From Vicugna vicugna (Eukaryota): DNA of 64,000 nucleotides. The notes beneath the pieces were generated by a model that was not told where the DNA came from, made no database searches, and saw only the letters and a program-made list of their open reading frames with translations. The DNA is taken from the NCBI GenBank assembly GCA_013265495.1, contig MU058233.1:345038-409037 (forward strand), in the 5' to 3' direction. Numbering within the stretch: the first letter of the stretch is position 1; every line of letters starts with the position of its first letter. Positions 59,716 to 64,000 of the stretch are shown in pieces. The position numbers and the translations under genes are program-made.

Positions 59716-62700
59716 GGGACAGACGTCAGTCACCAACATAGATTAAAGGAGGTGTCTTTAAGCAGAAACGCATGTAAAGCAAATTACATATTGATTAGCT
59801 GATGAAAATATTGTGACCAGAAGCTCACAGGAACCCAACGTTGTTCTACCCCATGAGCAACCGTTCAGTATCCACTAGCGCAGTATTTGCACTGACCTCA
59901 CAGAGCGTAACTACTGAGAATAGGGATAACAGGCCGTACACACATACATAGGTGTGAACTGTAACTTGCGCCCCTGGATCCAGCTATGCCTGAAGCCCTG
60001 GATCCACCACGCAAGCCCTGGTTGTGTAAATCAGTACGTCTCCTGTTTCGGTCAAGCTCGTGTGGGCTGGTCTCTGCTGCTTGCCCACAAAACTTCCTTA
60101 CTGACGCAAACCCAGCTGGTCATAGTTCCAGGGTGTGATTTCCTAGTTCTAAGCAAAGGTGTCCCCAGGAATCACAGAAGGACAGTGACTCCCCAAGGAC
60201 GTTTTCCAAGCTGGTAGCAGGAAGGCTCGGCACTGCTGGCGCAGCAGGAGTCAGGGTAGGACGCGGGCCACCCCTGCGGGCGGTCTGACCGCCCTCTCCC
60301 CTCCGGGCAGTCCCTCCGGCTCTGGTTTTCCGGCTGAACTCCCCGAGGATAGCCCACAAAGCAGAGCCATCACTCAGGAAGATTCACGACAGCCATTTGC
60401 ACTCCCGCGTGTGCTTGCAGACGCGGCGCCCCTGCCGCCACCTTGCCTTTTACTTAGCGCGAAGGAGCAAGCTGTTCCCAAACTGCATTAGCACATTCCT
60501 CATAAATCAGACATTTCTGAGCGCCTCCCGGGACGGCCGGCTCCGGGCAGGGGCTGTCACTGCCCAGCTCCTGGCTTTCTTCCCCCTACCACAAGAACCG
60601 GCGGGTGGGGACACCCCTTCCGGAGGGGGGGGGTGTCAGTGCACCCTCTGTGGTCCCATGAAGGGGTGGGTGGGTATCCACTTCAAAAGCCACTGCTGCA
60701 GCTCATCTCAGAGTCCCTGCTCCGGGCGCCCTGCGTCTGCTGCCCACTGCCACCGTGTTGGTCCTTCCCGCCTCTCAGACCCCACCTCTGATGTCACCGC
60801 CCCCAGGCGTGCCCTGGCACCCCTGAGCCAGCCCAGCTGTCGCCCCTCGTTGTCCCTCCTGGTCCTCATCACAAAGGAGCAGGTGCCTCGTGGATCCTGG
60901 ATTCATGTTTCTGCGCTTTGTCTCCAGCTCAGGCTCTGATCCTCCTGAGGGCGGGGACAGTGCCTGGCACTTGGGAGAAGCCCGATAAACGCTTCCAGTT
61001 CCAGGGACGGAGGAGAGGTGAGCTGCACGGTCTTCCTCGGGACAGCCGGTGGGCGCAGGAAGCAGGACCCCCAGACCAGCCCTCCTGTCGAGGAGCCGAG
61101 GGTCCTGAGGGGACCCTAACAAGGGCCTGTGGGGTAAGGACTTGGTTCCGAGGCCGGGGGCTTAGCTCTGGGAAGCCGCCCAGCTCCACTCCCTCTTCTC
61201 AGCCGGACAGCAGGGTGTCTGCAAACCCAGACCCGGAGAGGATGGGCTGCCCTGGCTCGTGATGGGGAGCTGGCAGTGAGCTTTCATCAAAACCCCAGCC
61301 GCTCACTCGCGAGTGAGCTGAGAGGTGGGCTCCGGAGAGCAGGCAGAGCGGGCGTGGGCGGCTGAGCTGAGGACCTGTCGTAGCCCCGTGAGTTAATTAT
61401 CAGGGGAGATCAGTGCCCCTTTGTGCTGGCAGAGAAAACATTTCTGCAGCTCCTTCTGTGCCTCACTCGATGGGCTCTGATTCGGCCAAAGATGGACTCG
61501 AGGGCTCTCCCAGACCCCACCCGCCCGCCACCTGCAGCAGCGGCCCGCACACCCCGCACGCACGTGTCCTCCTTGGGCGCGCCCGTGACACCTGGGGCCG
61601 TGGTCTCTGGGCACCGGATCTTCGGGGCTCTGCTGAAGGAGGTCACAGCTGGCAGGCGCCAGGGCCAAGCCGGTCCCCGGGGGCATCTGTGGGCAAAGTG
61701 TCTCCATCATAAATAAAGACGCTAGAAAGCTGGTCTCCCAGGCTTCCCCACGGCGTCTCTGGATCCGCAGGGGCTCGCCGCCTGCGAGGGTGTCCTGAGG
61801 AGGTGGGAAAGCGGGGAGAAGCCTCCTGCCAGGGGTGAATCCCAGAGCGGGAGCCGACGACACCAAGTCCGTGTGTCCCCTAGGACGTCGTGAGCCTGCC
61901 CCTGCCCAGGAACGTCACCTGCACACCATTCTAGACAAACCGTCTAGGGTAACCTGTGACAACCTCATCAGAAAAAAATTCTCTGATGCTTCAGGGCCTC
62001 TGGGGCGGGGAGCGTGGGCTTCTCAGTTCTGGGAGCTCCGGCCTGGGCTTCTGCCAGCTCTCACTACTATATAATTTAATCTAATTGATCAATTAAATCC
62101 AAATAATTTTTAAACAAGCTGTAGTAACAGTGATATAATTTCAGCACTGCATATAATTTTCTTAACGACTTTATCAAAGGAAATTGCTCACTGGGACTTG
62201 CTGTCGGCGTGGTGGGAACGGTCATCTCCCCAGCTTTGAGACCCACACAGCTCTGGGGAGCAGCCTGCCCACGGGGCTCGCCACGGCGCCCCTAGCGGAG
62301 GAAGCAGCTTCCGGTTAGTCTGACTCGGTGGCCCCTCTGAGTCACCTCATGTCGAGCGTTCATTTGGGCTTGTCGTCAGACCTTGGGCAGACACCGTGGT
62401 CCTTTCTGTCTCATCTGTTGAATCATGTGTGGGTCGCCTGCTGCCTCAGTTGTGCTGTGTAACAAACAGGCACGCCGACCTTCAGAAGCCTGAGGTGAAC
62501 GTTTACCTTTGCCCGTGGGGGGGCCAGCCGGTTCTCCCGGGCTGTGGTCCGCTGTGGAGTGTTGATGGCTCTGCCTACGTGGAACCTCCGCTGAGCTGCC
62601 TCCACCCGCCTCCCGCAGGCGGGCCCGCATGTTCCGGCAATTCTCACAGAGGGACGAGAGAGGGCTGTTTCAAGCCCTGCCTGCATCTAGGCTGCTCTGC

Positions 62701-63232
62701 CCTTGGCCAAGGAAGTCAGGCTTCATCCGAGTGGGGGACCTATCACGAATGGGGCAGAGGGCTGAGGGCAGGGGCTGCTCCTGGTGTCAAGGATGGGCAG
62801 GAAGTGGGCAGGAAATGCTGTCTGGCCGGTCCCTCCGAGAAGGCACACAGTGAGGACGCAGTGACCCCCCGAAGAGAAGAGGCCTGCAGTTTCCAGGTGG
62901 GAGGAGTGGGCATTGGCGACAGAAACAGCCCAAGTCCCCTGAGCTTGGCTCTGGCTGCCGGGAGTCTTCCCCGAGCTACTCCTGCTCCAATTTCCCCAAG
63001 GCTGCACGCTGGGGCCACCCCACGCAGCCCGAAGTGCAGCTTCGCACTTGGAGTGGCTCCTGCCTGTCGCCAGGGTCTGGAGGCTCTGGCTCTGAGGTGC
63101 CGAGTGGCTTCACCAGCGAGTCACTGTCATGGCCGAGCCCGGCAGCCACCTCCCAGCCAGGAGCCTGGTCAGCTCCCCCAGTCCCCTCCCCAGAGGTGTG
63201 GGGGCTAATGTTCTTTGCTCCCATCTTGCAGG

Positions 63233-63600
63233 TGTTATGGGGTGAATTGTGTCCCTCAAATTCACTCATGGAAAGACTTCCAAATGGTCTTTTCCTTATT
63301 TGGAAACAGGGTCATTGCAGACAGGGTCAGAATCAGGCAGGTTAGGGTGAGGTCACACTGGGGCGGGGGGGGCCCTGAACCAATCTAACCTGTGTCCTTA
63401 TAAGAAGGGGTGATCAGGACACAGACACGCAGGGGAGAGCACGTGAAGACAAAGGAGAAGGCGGCCGTCTGCGCGCCAGGAGAGAGGCCTTGGAACGAGC
63501 CCGCCTGCAGACACTCCGGCCTTGGACCCCTGGCCTCCAGGACTGAGACAGGAAGTGCCGATTGTTCAAGCCACCCCACTGTGGCATTTGTGCCCCAGGA
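63233..63600 (+). mobile_element. MLT1A-like MaLR LTR
   Basis: TGTTATGGGGTGAATTGTGTCCC, TTATTTGGAAACAGGGTCATTGCAGA, GTGTCCTTATAAGAAGGGG, TGTTCAAGCCACCC. Confidence 0.82.
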
Positions 63601-64000
63601 CATTGACACGGCAGATGAGCCGAGTAGAGCTGCAGCCAGAAGACAGGGCACAGCCCTGGGCTCCGATGAACTGCCGCTACCTTCCAAGACCAGAGCTGAG
63701 CGCCCACAGGGAGCAGGCTGCCCTCTCCGCAGGCTCGTCCCGTGTACGTGGTGTTATGTGTGCCCATGTGTGTAAGCATGTGTATGTATGGGATTGTGTA
63801 CACGTGTGTGCGTGTTGGGGGGTGTTCCTGAGCCTCGGCCTTCCTTCCAACATTGGGGATCCGAGGGGCCCTGGGGTGGCCTGGTGTTGCTGGGGAAGCC
63901 TCTGGGGTGTCCTTTGAGATGGGGGTGACATTTGAGAGATTTTTTGCATCCTGGGGACCCCACTTTGAAAGCCACTTGGAGACACAACTGAGTTCAAGCC

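Noticed and set aside
62396-63208. 270-aa plus-strand ORF
   Set aside because: Non-ATG start, overlaps an LTR-like fragment, and has no recognisable domain or exon structure.

Overview
Mammalian genomic DNA, GC-rich and repeat-laden. It is most likely camelid, inferred from three tRNA-Ala-derived vic-1-type SINEs. The window holds the 5' part of GALNT9 (polypeptide N-acetylgalactosaminyltransferase 9) on the minus strand. Coding exons 1-5 (49822-49582, 19732-19552, 7207-7041, 4721-4547, 1323-1126) join in frame through GT-AG junctions to give 320 codons: type II membrane anchor, stem, and the GT-A domain with the DAH metal-binding motif. The remaining exons lie left of position 1. A CpG-island promoter covers about 49.5-50.8 kb, followed by about 13 kb of upstream intergenic DNA. 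The rest is intron filled with MaLR (MLT1) LTRs, ERV1-type solo LTRs, L1/L2/MIR fossils, MER20, tandem repeats and two assembly gaps. Apart from the five exon-containing ORFs, the ORF track looks like GC-rich noise, and many of its starts are GTG/TTG. I found no prokaryote-style system and no second protein-coding gene. The best leads are regulatory: a tandem REST/RE1 pair in intron 1, a uORF in frame with the CDS and separated from it by one TGA, a CCAAT-GC-CCAAT-YY1 module in intron 1, an LTR with an expanded CCAAT-repeat array, a near-perfect 161-bp duplication upstream of the promoter, and a palindromic AT island about 12 kb upstream. Repeat subfamily names and boundaries are from recalled consensus sequences and are approximate.
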